From IMG/VR virus record IMGVR_UViG_3300033153_005795, positions 1 through 52,160 of that record: a stretch of DNA of 52,160 bases; one strand, written 5' to 3'. Below, one piece after another: positions 17,862 to 25,246 of this stretch (position 1 is the first letter of the stretch; every line of letters starts with the position of its first letter). Under the pieces are notes generated by a model that was not told the origin of the DNA, searched no databases, and saw only the letters and a list, made by a program, of their open reading frames with translations. The DNA is from a virus (Duplodnaviria; Caudoviricetes). The position numbers were made by a program, and so were the translations under genes.

Positions 17862-18838
17862 TTTACTGCTCCTTTCTTTTCCTTCTTACTTCTCTTTTTC
17901 TTCCTGTTTCCTCTTCTCGTTTTACTACCCCTCCCACTTGTATAGGAAGCCATACTGCTATCCCCCTTTAGCTCCCTCTCGACTTCCTCTATATCCTTCC
18001 TTGTGCATCCAAATAGAGCTGTTCCCCACGTCCTTATTTCCTCTGCTGTCCATCCTAACTTCCTCAATGACCTAAACTCCTCCCACGATATATCCAGATA
18101 CGACTCATCCCCCAACTCATCCCCTTCCTCCCTAAACCACGGATACTTTAGCCTACTATATTCATCCCACATATCCCCCGTGGAACACTGTGTTCCCTGT
18201 GCCCCCTCTCCTCCTAATGAGGGTAGATAATCCCTCTTACCTGTGCTATCATCCCACCACCTCTGGCTCTGGGCTGGTACTATTGCCTGTGCTTTCTGTA
18301 CCTCTATATTCCTGGCTACCTCTTCTGCCCATTCCTTATGCCTGCTGCCTTCAAACTCCATCTCCCAGTCAACCACCGTATCCAGCTCTATTGTTACCCT
18401 GTGTTCCCCAAATAACTTATAGCTTAATTCCGTGGTTATATCGTCCCCTTCTCCTATTACCATCATTATTGCCCAGTCCCCTTTACCGAATATCTCCTCG
18501 AACGTCCGCCTATCTACCCCACTTGGGGTACTCTTCATTCCAGGGTGGGTATGTATCCATATCCTCATACACTCCAGCGGCTCCTTACCCGCTACTATCA
18601 TCTCATCGAAATACCTTGCTACATCATCATCATCCAACTCTACTGTTACCCTACTTACCTTCTGCTTTACTGTTACAAAGTCCACTATACTCAATACATC
18701 CTCCGGACTCTTACTTATCCCAAACCCACTAAACTCATTGCCATCCGCCTTACTACTTATGTACCTTATCTTTGCCATTACATACGGACTCATCCTTACT
18801 ACCAGCTCATCTGCCTTCACTTTCTTGTCCTTTGCCAT
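17858..18838 (-). CDS. JAB/MPN (JAMM) metallopeptidase, deubiquitinase-like
   Basis: E(FSGFG)...WIHTHPGMKSTPSGVD gives a complete E-HxH-x7-S-x2-D JAMM motif. Confidence 0.92.
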   Translation of the reverse strand: MAKDKKVKADELVVRMSPYVMAKIRYISSKADGNEFSGFGISKSPEDVLSIVDFVTVKQKVSRVTVELDDDDVARYFDEMIVAGKEPLECMRIWIHTHPGMKSTPSGVDRRTFEEIFGKGDWAIMMVIGEGDDITTELSYKLFGEHRVTIELDTVVDWEMEFEGSRHKEWAEEVARNIEVQKAQAIVPAQSQRWWDDSTGKRDYLPSLGGEGAQGTQCSTGDMWDEYSRLKYPWFREEGDELGDESYLDISWEEFRSLRKLGWTAEEIRTWGTALFGCTRKDIEEVERELKGDSSMASYTSGRGSKTRRGNRKKKRSKKEKKGAVK

Positions 18839-18865
18839 ACTACACACTCCTTTCTTGTACCTCTT

Positions 18866-20140
18866 TTATTGAGGTATAGCTACATACTGCCCTTGTTCAG
18901 TTTCCTTTTCTGCCTCTCTACAGTATCCACATATCTGCTGTCCGTCCTCCCAGTCTTCAGGCCACATCCATACCTTCCCGCACCTCGTACATAGTACCGC
19001 CTCCTCAAGACACTCTTTACATACCCTTATATCCATCCTCCCTGGAACGCTTACTTTCCTCTCGTTATAGAGGCATCTCACACGATGCCACCTACATACC
19101 TCCCTGCCACACCTAAAGCACTTACGTATAATCCCATTATTCTCCAGATAATCCTTCGCACATCTGCTACATATCCTATCCTTCTCCCACTCCTCTATTT
19201 TATCTTCTCCCGCCTTCTCACTACATATTACACACCTCGATGTTATTGCCTCTCCTTTGGTCGTACTACATCCCCCCTGGATATGTACCAACCTACCGCA
19301 CAGCGCACATCTCTCCAGTTCACTATCCTCTATCCATTCCTTACATATACAGCACCTATGGTGGTCTGTTTGCCCTCTATTCGCTGCTATCTCTGCCATT
19401 GACCTGTATGGTGCACTTCCCAAGTCATACGTCCCCAGCACTGCCTTTATTACTTCTAATATTGCTATTATATCCCCCTCCCTCTTCGCCCTCCACGCTA
19501 TTCTGTCCCCGCCACTTCCCAGGCATATTCTTCTCCAGTATCCCGCCATACCTGCACTCAAGTATGGGTGTGCCTCCTGTCCACTCTCTGATGCTGTCTC
19601 CTCCCACACCAACACCCCCATCTCTTTGTTCATCCTTACCTTAAACGGCCCAAACTCCAACTCCAACCCTTTACATTCCAACCTTACCTTTGGTAGATAT
19701 ACTATCAGTTCCTCCTGTACTTTGCCTCTCCCAACACTGAACTTCACTATCTCTGCTCCCTCTGTCTCATTCTCCAGATATGCTATGGCATCCCTTACCC
19801 CTCTCGGTATCCCTCCCTCCTCTTCCAGTCGTTTCTTCTCTCTTTTCTTTATTGCATACAACCCATCAACCTTCCGCCTCTGGAATTCTATCATATCTTC
19901 TATCAACCTACTCGACCTACTACGCATAGATATGGCTAACTGTCTTAATTCCGCCATTCGCCACCTGCCCTTTAACCACGTCCCATTCCATATACATTCC
20001 TCTGCATCCCCCACCAGTTCATCCATCCGCTCTACATCCCTCGCTACCCTCTCTAACCGTTCCATCACCTCCGGTACCTCCCCTTCTCTCCTTCCGGTAT
20101 TCCTTACTAACCAGTCAACAACTCTATCCTGTATATCCAT
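18866..20140 (-). CDS. Prokaryotic E2-like domain fused to N-terminal helices and a C-terminal multi-CxxC zinc-finger region
   Basis: AHPYL..RRICLGSG..VLGTYDLGSAPY fits the HP...C E2 signature; about 9 CxxC-type pairs in the last ~160 aa. Confidence 0.75.
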   Translation of the reverse strand: MDIQDRVVDWLVRNTGRREGEVPEVMERLERVARDVERMDELVGDAEECIWNGTWLKGRWRMAELRQLAISMRSRSSRLIEDMIEFQRRKVDGLYAIKKREKKRLEEEGGIPRGVRDAIAYLENETEGAEIVKFSVGRGKVQEELIVYLPKVRLECKGLELEFGPFKVRMNKEMGVLVWEETASESGQEAHPYLSAGMAGYWRRICLGSGGDRIAWRAKREGDIIAILEVIKAVLGTYDLGSAPYRSMAEIAANRGQTDHHRCCICKEWIEDSELERCALCGRLVHIQGGCSTTKGEAITSRCVICSEKAGEDKIEEWEKDRICSRCAKDYLENNGIIRKCFRCGREVCRWHRVRCLYNERKVSVPGRMDIRVCKECLEEAVLCTRCGKVWMWPEDWEDGQQICGYCREAEKETEQGQYVAIPQ

Positions 20141-20174
20141 CGTATTCCCCTTTCTTCTTCTTTCCTTATACCCT

Positions 20175-20203
20175 GGGGGTGAGGTCTAACCTACCCCACC
20201 CCC
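20175..20203 (-). other. GC-rich stem-loop between the Ubl and E2 genes
   Basis: Minus-strand GGGGGUGGGGU-agguuag-ACCUCACCCCC (11 bp with one G-U pair); no U-tract. Confidence 0.55.
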
Positions 20204-20230
20204 TGTCGTACCTACCTACTAACCGTCAAC

Positions 20231-20500
20231 CTATCCGCCTATCAGGAGATAGCCCTTGGCCCCTGTTATCTTTACTGGGGTTATTGATATTCTATCCCCA
20301 TCCCGTAGGATTGTCCCTTTACCGGTAGCCATATCTACCTTTACACCGTTCAGGAGTACCTTATACTCCGCTGGGTCTCCAAATCCCTCTTCTGCTGCAA
20401 ATACTTCACCGATGGTAGTCCCCTCTGCTATCTGTACCTCTTTATTAAACCCTCCATCGGTATGCCAACACGACAAACTTATTGTACCATTCATAGCCAT
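20231..20500 (-). CDS. Ubiquitin-like beta-grasp protein (ThiS/MoaD-like)
   Basis: 89 aa from the SD-supported ATG; EGTTIGEVF, VLLNG, ILRDGDRISITP beta-grasp signatures; ends KITGAKGYLLIGG. Confidence 0.9.
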   Translation of the reverse strand: MAMNGTISLSCWHTDGGFNKEVQIAEGTTIGEVFAAEEGFGDPAEYKVLLNGVKVDMATGKGTILRDGDRISITPVKITGAKGYLLIGG

Positions 20501-20562
20501 CTTCTTTACTCCTTTCATTTTCTCTTCTACTTTCTTTACCTTATTTACCACTTACCACTCTC

Positions 20563-20853
20563 TCATACACCCTCTACTGTCAAGCCCTGTTCCTGTGCCA
20601 GTACCTTCAACTGTATCCTATGCCTTCTTCTTACCGGTGTCATCTCTTCTGGCCCAATCTCCAATAACCTCACTACCTTATCCCTGTTGTTACCCTCTAT
20701 CCTGGCTATCGGTACTCCATAGCTCTCCAGTACCCCGTGCCTTGCTACTAACGGGGCAGGTGCCCCTATATCCTGCCCTTTTAGGAACCCTATCAATACC
20801 TCCAGCACGGTCTCCCTTACTCCTGGGGCTTCTGCTTCTATCCGCACATACAT
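20563..20853 (-). CDS. Hypothetical protein, first gene of the Ubl operon
   Basis: GGAGG SD before ATG 20853; immediately downstream of the 20990-21017 promoter. Confidence 0.65.
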   Translation of the reverse strand: MYVRIEAEAPGVRETVLEVLIGFLKGQDIGAPAPLVARHGVLESYGVPIARIEGNNRDKVVRLLEIGPEEMTPVRRRHRIQLKVLAQEQGLTVEGV

Positions 20854-20914
20854 ACCTCCTTTCTTCCCTCTCCCTCTGGTTACCATTACCCATCCCCTCT
20901 CCCTATCCTTCTAA

Positions 20915-20954
20915 TACGCTCGCACGCACGCTCGCACGCTCGCACGCACGCACG
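20915..20954. repeat. CGCA/CGCT tetranucleotide microsatellite
   Basis: acgctcgcacgcacgctcgcacgctcgcacgcacgcacg. Confidence 0.85.
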
Positions 20955-20989
20955 TCCGCTTTATAAGAGGATGCCCGTCTGCTGCTGCT

Positions 20990-21017
20990 ATTATACGATG
21001 ACTCCGGCGAATGTTAA
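20990..21017 (-). promoter_or_regulatory. Sigma70-type promoter of the skewed early module
   Basis: TTAACA-N16-TATAAT with T-tracts upstream. Confidence 0.7.
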
Positions 21018-21074
21018 ACAAAAAACCTGAAAAATCTGAAGATAGCAAGATAATGCAAAAAAACAGCAAGAAAG

Positions 21075-21192
21075 TTATAACCCTATAAGGTTATAAGGTT
21101 GTAAGGTTATAAGATTGTAGTGCCGCAGGGCTACAACCCTACATCCCTATAACCCCGTAACCCTATAACCTTATACCCCTACAACCCTATAG
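21075..21192. repeat. Inverted array of degenerate 8-bp repeats (YTAYAACC)
   Basis: Left arm GGTTATAA GGTTGTAA GGTTATAA GATTGTAG, spacer TGCCGCAGGG, right arm CTACAACC CTACATCC CTATAACC CCGTAACC CTATAACC TTATACCC CTACAACC. Confidence 0.85.
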
Positions 21193-21211
21193 AATTTAGA
21201 TCTTACTCATA

Positions 21212-21227
21212 AATTTTCACTCGCTAT
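21212..21227. repeat. AATTTTCACTCGCT(AT) box, copy 3 of 3
   Basis: Exact match to 15069-15084. Confidence 0.85.
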
Positions 21228-21438
21228 GAGATAGACTTTGCCCCGCAGATGTGTCCCTGAATTTCTTTTCCCCTATAAGTTTTGTGATGCGTTTTAGTTC
21301 TGTTGCCCATTTGAATTTGCCGCACCTTTGGCAAACCTCCCCCACCATCATATATTGCTGTTCGTTTTCTTCAAAATAAACTTCTTCCCATTTGTGGCCG
21401 AGAAACTTACAGATTATTTTCTTTATCTCCATCTTCAT
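21217..21438 (-). CDS. Small DUF1660-like protein
   Basis: ICKFLGHKW...CQRCG motif; ATGA overlap with the helicase stop. Confidence 0.6.
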   Translation of the reverse strand: MKMEIKKIICKFLGHKWEEVYFEENEQQYMMVGEVCQRCGKFKWATELKRITKLIGEKKFRDTSAGQSLSHSE

Positions 21439-22508
21439 TCTCCTTTCAATCTCCACATCCATAGTACTTTGTTGCCTACGATTACTGCATACCTTTCCAC
21501 GTTCAGATCCTGGGCTGCACGTTTCAAGGTTCTCTCTGCAATTCTCTTTTGTTTTGCTGCGTCTATGGTTTCCTGGACTGGCTGGGGTTTGCTCCGCAGA
21601 AATTCCTTCAGCCATTTCCTTGCACTCTCTTGTTTTGTCTGGGTAGGTACGAGATAATCTGCAAATACCTCATCTGCTGTTTTCTTCACTCGTGTCGGCT
21701 CAAATGCACAGATACTCGCAATGGTCGGACCGTCTTTTGTTTCCACCTTTTTTCGTTTCAACGAGTATGCCAGGCCGTCTGGTTTTTCTGCTACATTTAT
21801 CTTTGCCGGTAGCAATAACCTGCGTCCTTCCATCTCCGTATCTTCTACTACCAGCCACACCGCCCTGGCTGCTGCAGTAAATCCGACCGATCCGAGCATT
21901 CTGAAAATTGCCAGCTTGGACATGTCTTTATTCAGGTGTGAAATTCCCACGATTGCAAGTTCGTATTTGGTTGCCAGCTTCACGAGAGGGGCCAGAAACG
22001 TTCTTACTTCGATGTTTCTGTTTTCATCTTTCCCACCCATATATGCAGCCACCGGGTCTATCATTATCAAACGCACCGGTGGGCCTTTCTCCGCCTGCCC
22101 TTTCACCGCCATCTCCAGCAGTTCACTGAAACCTTTAAGGGAGAAAATATCGATCTCCGTTTCTCCCCCACCTTCTTCCTCTCTTTTCACTATCTTTGCG
22201 GCAGTCATAAATAGGATGTTCTTCATCTCTGCACCACCAGCCAATAGCTTTGTTACAAGGGTGTGTTTAAGACTATCCTCTGCAGTCAAGATTAAAGCTG
22301 CTCCAACCTGCGGGGCAAAATCACAATCCGGCCACTTTCTTCCCTTGCTTACCTGTGTAGCCATAAACAATCCGAGATGCGTTTTTCCTGCCCCCGGATT
22401 TCCTGCCAGCATTGTCAATTCACCAAGAGGTACACGCTCCGGCCAAAGCCACTTTATTTTCTCTGGTGTTATTTCGTCTCCACGAATAAGAACTGGTTTG
22501 ATCTGCAT
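21435..22508 (-). CDS. AAA_25 / RepA-like (RecA-fold) replicative helicase with C-terminal winged helix
   Basis: IKWLWPERVPLGELTMLAGNPGAGKT Walker A, LTAED, IMIDP Walker B, ISHLNK, GSVGFTAAARAV. Confidence 0.88.
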   Translation of the reverse strand: MQIKPVLIRGDEITPEKIKWLWPERVPLGELTMLAGNPGAGKTHLGLFMATQVSKGRKWPDCDFAPQVGAALILTAEDSLKHTLVTKLLAGGAEMKNILFMTAAKIVKREEEGGGETEIDIFSLKGFSELLEMAVKGQAEKGPPVRLIMIDPVAAYMGGKDENRNIEVRTFLAPLVKLATKYELAIVGISHLNKDMSKLAIFRMLGSVGFTAAARAVWLVVEDTEMEGRRLLLPAKINVAEKPDGLAYSLKRKKVETKDGPTIASICAFEPTRVKKTADEVFADYLVPTQTKQESARKWLKEFLRSKPQPVQETIDAAKQKRIAERTLKRAAQDLNVERYAVIVGNKVLWMWRLKGE

Positions 22509-22526
22509 CCATCGGACTCCCTTATA

Positions 22527-23246
22527 CTATATCGACCCTCTTTTTGCATAACCACTTACTTCCTTCCAGAGTGCCCGCAGCGTGTACACATCTTCCAGAT
22601 TGTGGAGATCCCCTATGTAATCGATCCCTTCCTGTATTCCTGCCAGGGCTTTCAACCACATGTCTATATTGATAGGATGTTCTTTACACGGGATACCTAT
22701 CAGCCGTGCAGCATCAGCCATCCTGTTGTGCGAGAGCTTTAGCTTTCCCGATATGATGTCATACACGTCCACCACTTTCTTACTGTTAGCCCGTGGGAAC
22801 GTCTTTATCTTATGAGCATATGCTCGTGTACGCAGGAAGGGAATATCGTGCCGCTGATACCGTCCCCCTTTATCTCTCCCGTAGTACACACATATTACGT
22901 TGTACGGTTTTACGTCCTCACAGAACTGTTCTATCAGTCGCTTATCTCTATGGTATTTGTCCGGCTGCTTAATCTCTCTTGGACGTATCTTCCGTACTGT
23001 TCCTTTCTTGTTCTCAAGATCACACCACGCATAGCTTATGACAATCCCCCAGTTTGCATCGAGTGAACCCGCCGTCTCAATATCCAGGAACATAATTCTC
23101 TCTTCGATGCCTGTCTCTTTCAGGAAACATCCGAAATGACTAACATATCTATGCCCGTGCTTATGACATCTATGATCTCGCAGCCATAGCATATCTTCCC
23201 CTGTTGCTTCGTAGATGCTGGTGATTACAGGTTTTCGCTCTTTCAT
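22527..23246 (-). CDS. RNase H-like (DnaQ/YprB-type) 3'-5' exonuclease
   Basis: FLDIET, HDIPFL, HNLEDV acidic motifs; N-terminal CHKHGH..H..C metal site. Confidence 0.8.
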   Translation of the reverse strand: MKERKPVITSIYEATGEDMLWLRDHRCHKHGHRYVSHFGCFLKETGIEERIMFLDIETAGSLDANWGIVISYAWCDLENKKGTVRKIRPREIKQPDKYHRDKRLIEQFCEDVKPYNVICVYYGRDKGGRYQRHDIPFLRTRAYAHKIKTFPRANSKKVVDVYDIISGKLKLSHNRMADAARLIGIPCKEHPINIDMWLKALAGIQEGIDYIGDLHNLEDVYTLRALWKEVSGYAKRGSI

Positions 23247-23247
23247 T

Positions 23248-23784
23248 TTATCCTACTATCCTTCCTACCCTTTCTGCAAGGTTTTCAAAGAATATTTTAT
23301 ACGCCCGTGCCTTAACATATTGCACAGGAAATACCTGCTGGATATACAATCCTATCCCACTTACGCTGCTGCGTATTTCCTTTGTAATTGTATCCAGAGG
23401 ACACGGTTCAGAATGATGCTTTACGTATTCCCCTACTACCTTGGCAGCGTGGCTTACCAGCAGTTCCTCATAATCTTCTGCCTCAAAGATAGCCTTCTGG
23501 ATATTCTGGATCCAGTATTGAACTGCCCAGAGGGATTCTACCACAGAGCCATCCGTTCCCTCGCACGACAATTCGAGCACGATTATCTTCGGTTTGACGA
23601 TAAGCTTCTCAAAGCTCTGGAATAGCGGCCAGTAGCAATGCCATCCTGGTTTGCACACTGCAACCCATTCCTTTACCCAGGGAAACGCATTTACTCTGAC
23701 TGCCTGTTCGTGAGGCGATACAATTACGAATTGAGGTACAAACTGGAACAACCAGTCGAATATCTTATTTAACCATTCAAACAT
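23248..23784 (-). CDS. SPFH/Band-7 family protein
   Basis: FVPQFVIVSPHEQAVR..KPGWHCYWPL N-terminus typical of SPFH domains. Confidence 0.7.
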   Translation of the reverse strand: MFEWLNKIFDWLFQFVPQFVIVSPHEQAVRVNAFPWVKEWVAVCKPGWHCYWPLFQSFEKLIVKPKIIVLELSCEGTDGSVVESLWAVQYWIQNIQKAIFEAEDYEELLVSHAAKVVGEYVKHHSEPCPLDTITKEIRSSVSGIGLYIQQVFPVQYVKARAYKIFFENLAERVGRIVG

Positions 23785-24190
23785 TGTTTCCTTCTTTCTC
23801 TTGCCTCAAGAAAAATCCGAGGTGTGTCTTTCTCATAGCATATCTTTCGTATATCAAAGCCATAAGCAGCGGGCCCAGATAATTACGTACGTCCCTTGTT
23901 TTCTCCCGCCACATTGCAATAGGATGAGATTTTCCTTCTCGCAAATCCACTATCATTTGCCGCAACGACTCCAGTTGTTTTGTTACGAAATTCCAAAGGA
24001 CTTCCTCTGGTGTTTCTGCTGTTGAGATGCCTATTGCCCCTTTGAAATTACGCAGCCTGTCCCCTTCCTCACCGCTTCCCCCGTATTCGATTCCTTTTAC
24101 TTCCAGGCTGTCAACCATATCGTCTATCTCTTGTTTCACTATTTCCTTAAATTCTTCCTGCGTCATTTTAATGCTCCTTTCACGCCCCAT
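23777..24190 (-). CDS. All-alpha nucleotide-modification-associated / NTP-pyrophosphatase-like protein
   Basis: KGIEYG..DRLRNFK..EK.RDVRNY pattern; true start probably MTQEEF. Confidence 0.5.
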   Translation of the reverse strand: MGRERSIKMTQEEFKEIVKQEIDDMVDSLEVKGIEYGGSGEEGDRLRNFKGAIGISTAETPEEVLWNFVTKQLESLRQMIVDLREGKSHPIAMWREKTRDVRNYLGPLLMALIYERYAMRKTHLGFFLRQEKEGNNV

Positions 24191-24549
24191 CTCATAATAT
24201 CTTCGTATTCCGCTATCCGCTTGCCCTGCTTCTCAAAGACTCTTCGCTCTTCTCTACAGCCTTTCGACCTCTCCCACCCCGGAGCCAGAATAATTCCATC
24301 GAAGTCTGTTCTTTCTATGACCTCCATATCGAGATCGTACCACAGCTTATGTTCGTGCCTTGCCAGAAACTCCGGTGTAGCCCTATGGATAGGATGCGTA
24401 TGAGAGATGGGCGAAAACACATTATACCCTGCCAGTAGAAGCTGCCCTGCACGGTAACAGGCAAGCCGGAAGTTAGCTGCTTCTCCTTCCGGTACATATC
24501 GCTCCCCATCCGTACAGGTATAAGGGTGTGCAAAATAATAAAACTTCAT
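24163..24549 (-). CDS. DUF1937/DUF4406-like nucleoside deoxyribosyltransferase-fold protein
   Basis: YFAHPY, FSPISHTHP, DGIILAPGWERSKGCREE. Confidence 0.75.
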   Translation of the reverse strand: MKFYYFAHPYTCTDGERYVPEGEAANFRLACYRAGQLLLAGYNVFSPISHTHPIHRATPEFLARHEHKLWYDLDMEVIERTDFDGIILAPGWERSKGCREERRVFEKQGKRIAEYEDIMRWGVKGALK

Positions 24550-24704
24550 CTCTTCAACCCTTCAATTTGCTTTCGTTTTTTCTTTTCTTTTATAACCAAT
24601 TTACGTACCCGTTTAGAAATACGGTCGGCATTCTGCAGGCCGTAATTGCAAATCAACATCTCGACCAGATGACTACTCCGGACGTTCACTTCCGCTTCTT
24701 TCAT
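24546..24704 (-). CDS. Small basic hypothetical protein (52 aa, below the ORF-track cutoff)
   Basis: Hand translation MKEAEVNVRSSHLVEMLIC...IEGLKR; fills the gap and its stop overlaps the next ATG. Confidence 0.45.
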   Translation of the reverse strand: MKEAEVNVRSSHLVEMLICNYGLQNADRISKRVRKLVIKEKKKRKQIEGLKR

Positions 24705-25182
24705 ACATTTCATCTAACAATTTCTCCCGTGTCAATGCAGGTATATCTACCAAAAAGTATGGCTCGCTTTCTTTTCCGTTTGCCCACCAATAGGCCGCTC
24801 CTGTTGTTCGCCACGGCCCCGCAAATTCGGGACTCTTTGGGTTCCACATCTTCGAGGGAATATACAGGCGACACCCGTGCCCCGCAGGATAACATCTCAC
24901 GGTTCCCAGCCACGTAACGTACCCTTTCCCTTTGACCCGTATGTTATTTAGGTCCAATGCAATTCCAAGAAGGTTTTTTATGTAGCCAGGGGTGGCAATG
25001 GTAACTACCATATGTTGGTGAACCCCGATGAATTGCTGGGGGTTCAGGTCTTTGCTGACGTTTGGGACGAAGATATTGTCGAGATTAACATATCGTCCTG
25101 TGATTATCCTGCGGTTGTCTTTGTATGGACGGTGCGGATATATTACTACCGGAAGCATAAACTTATGTATAAATGGTTTCAT
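24673..25182 (-). CDS. Hypothetical protein
   Basis: 169-aa ORF with AAGGGAG SD. Confidence 0.7.
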   Translation of the reverse strand: MKPFIHKFMLPVVIYPHRPYKDNRRIITGRYVNLDNIFVPNVSKDLNPQQFIGVHQHMVVTIATPGYIKNLLGIALDLNNIRVKGKGYVTWLGTVRCYPAGHGCRLYIPSKMWNPKSPEFAGPWRTTGAAYWWANGKESEPYFLVDIPALTREKLLDEMYERSGSERPE

Positions 25183-25205
25183 TTTAGTCTCCCTTATTCG
25201 ATAAT

Positions 25206-25246
25206 GGGACGGCGGGGTTGTGAGCTCGGTTCCTGCCCGCCGCCCC
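25206..25246 (-). terminator. Long-loop GC stem after the SSB gene
   Basis: Minus-strand GGGGCGGCGGG ... CCCGCCGUCCC (one G-U pair). Confidence 0.5.

Noticed and set aside
17088-20500. ThiF plus ThiS/MoaD as auxiliary thiamine or molybdopterin genes
   Set aside because: No pathway enzymes nearby; the E2-like and JAB genes point to protein conjugation, though this is not proven.
15052-20966. Many long plus-strand ORFs (for example 19257..20189, 20256..20966, 16598..17251)
   Set aside because: S/P/L-rich antisense shadows of the skewed minus-strand genes; no SD or domain motifs.
21075-21192. Repeat array as a mini-CRISPR
   Set aside because: Units are 8 bp and contiguous, with no unique spacers.
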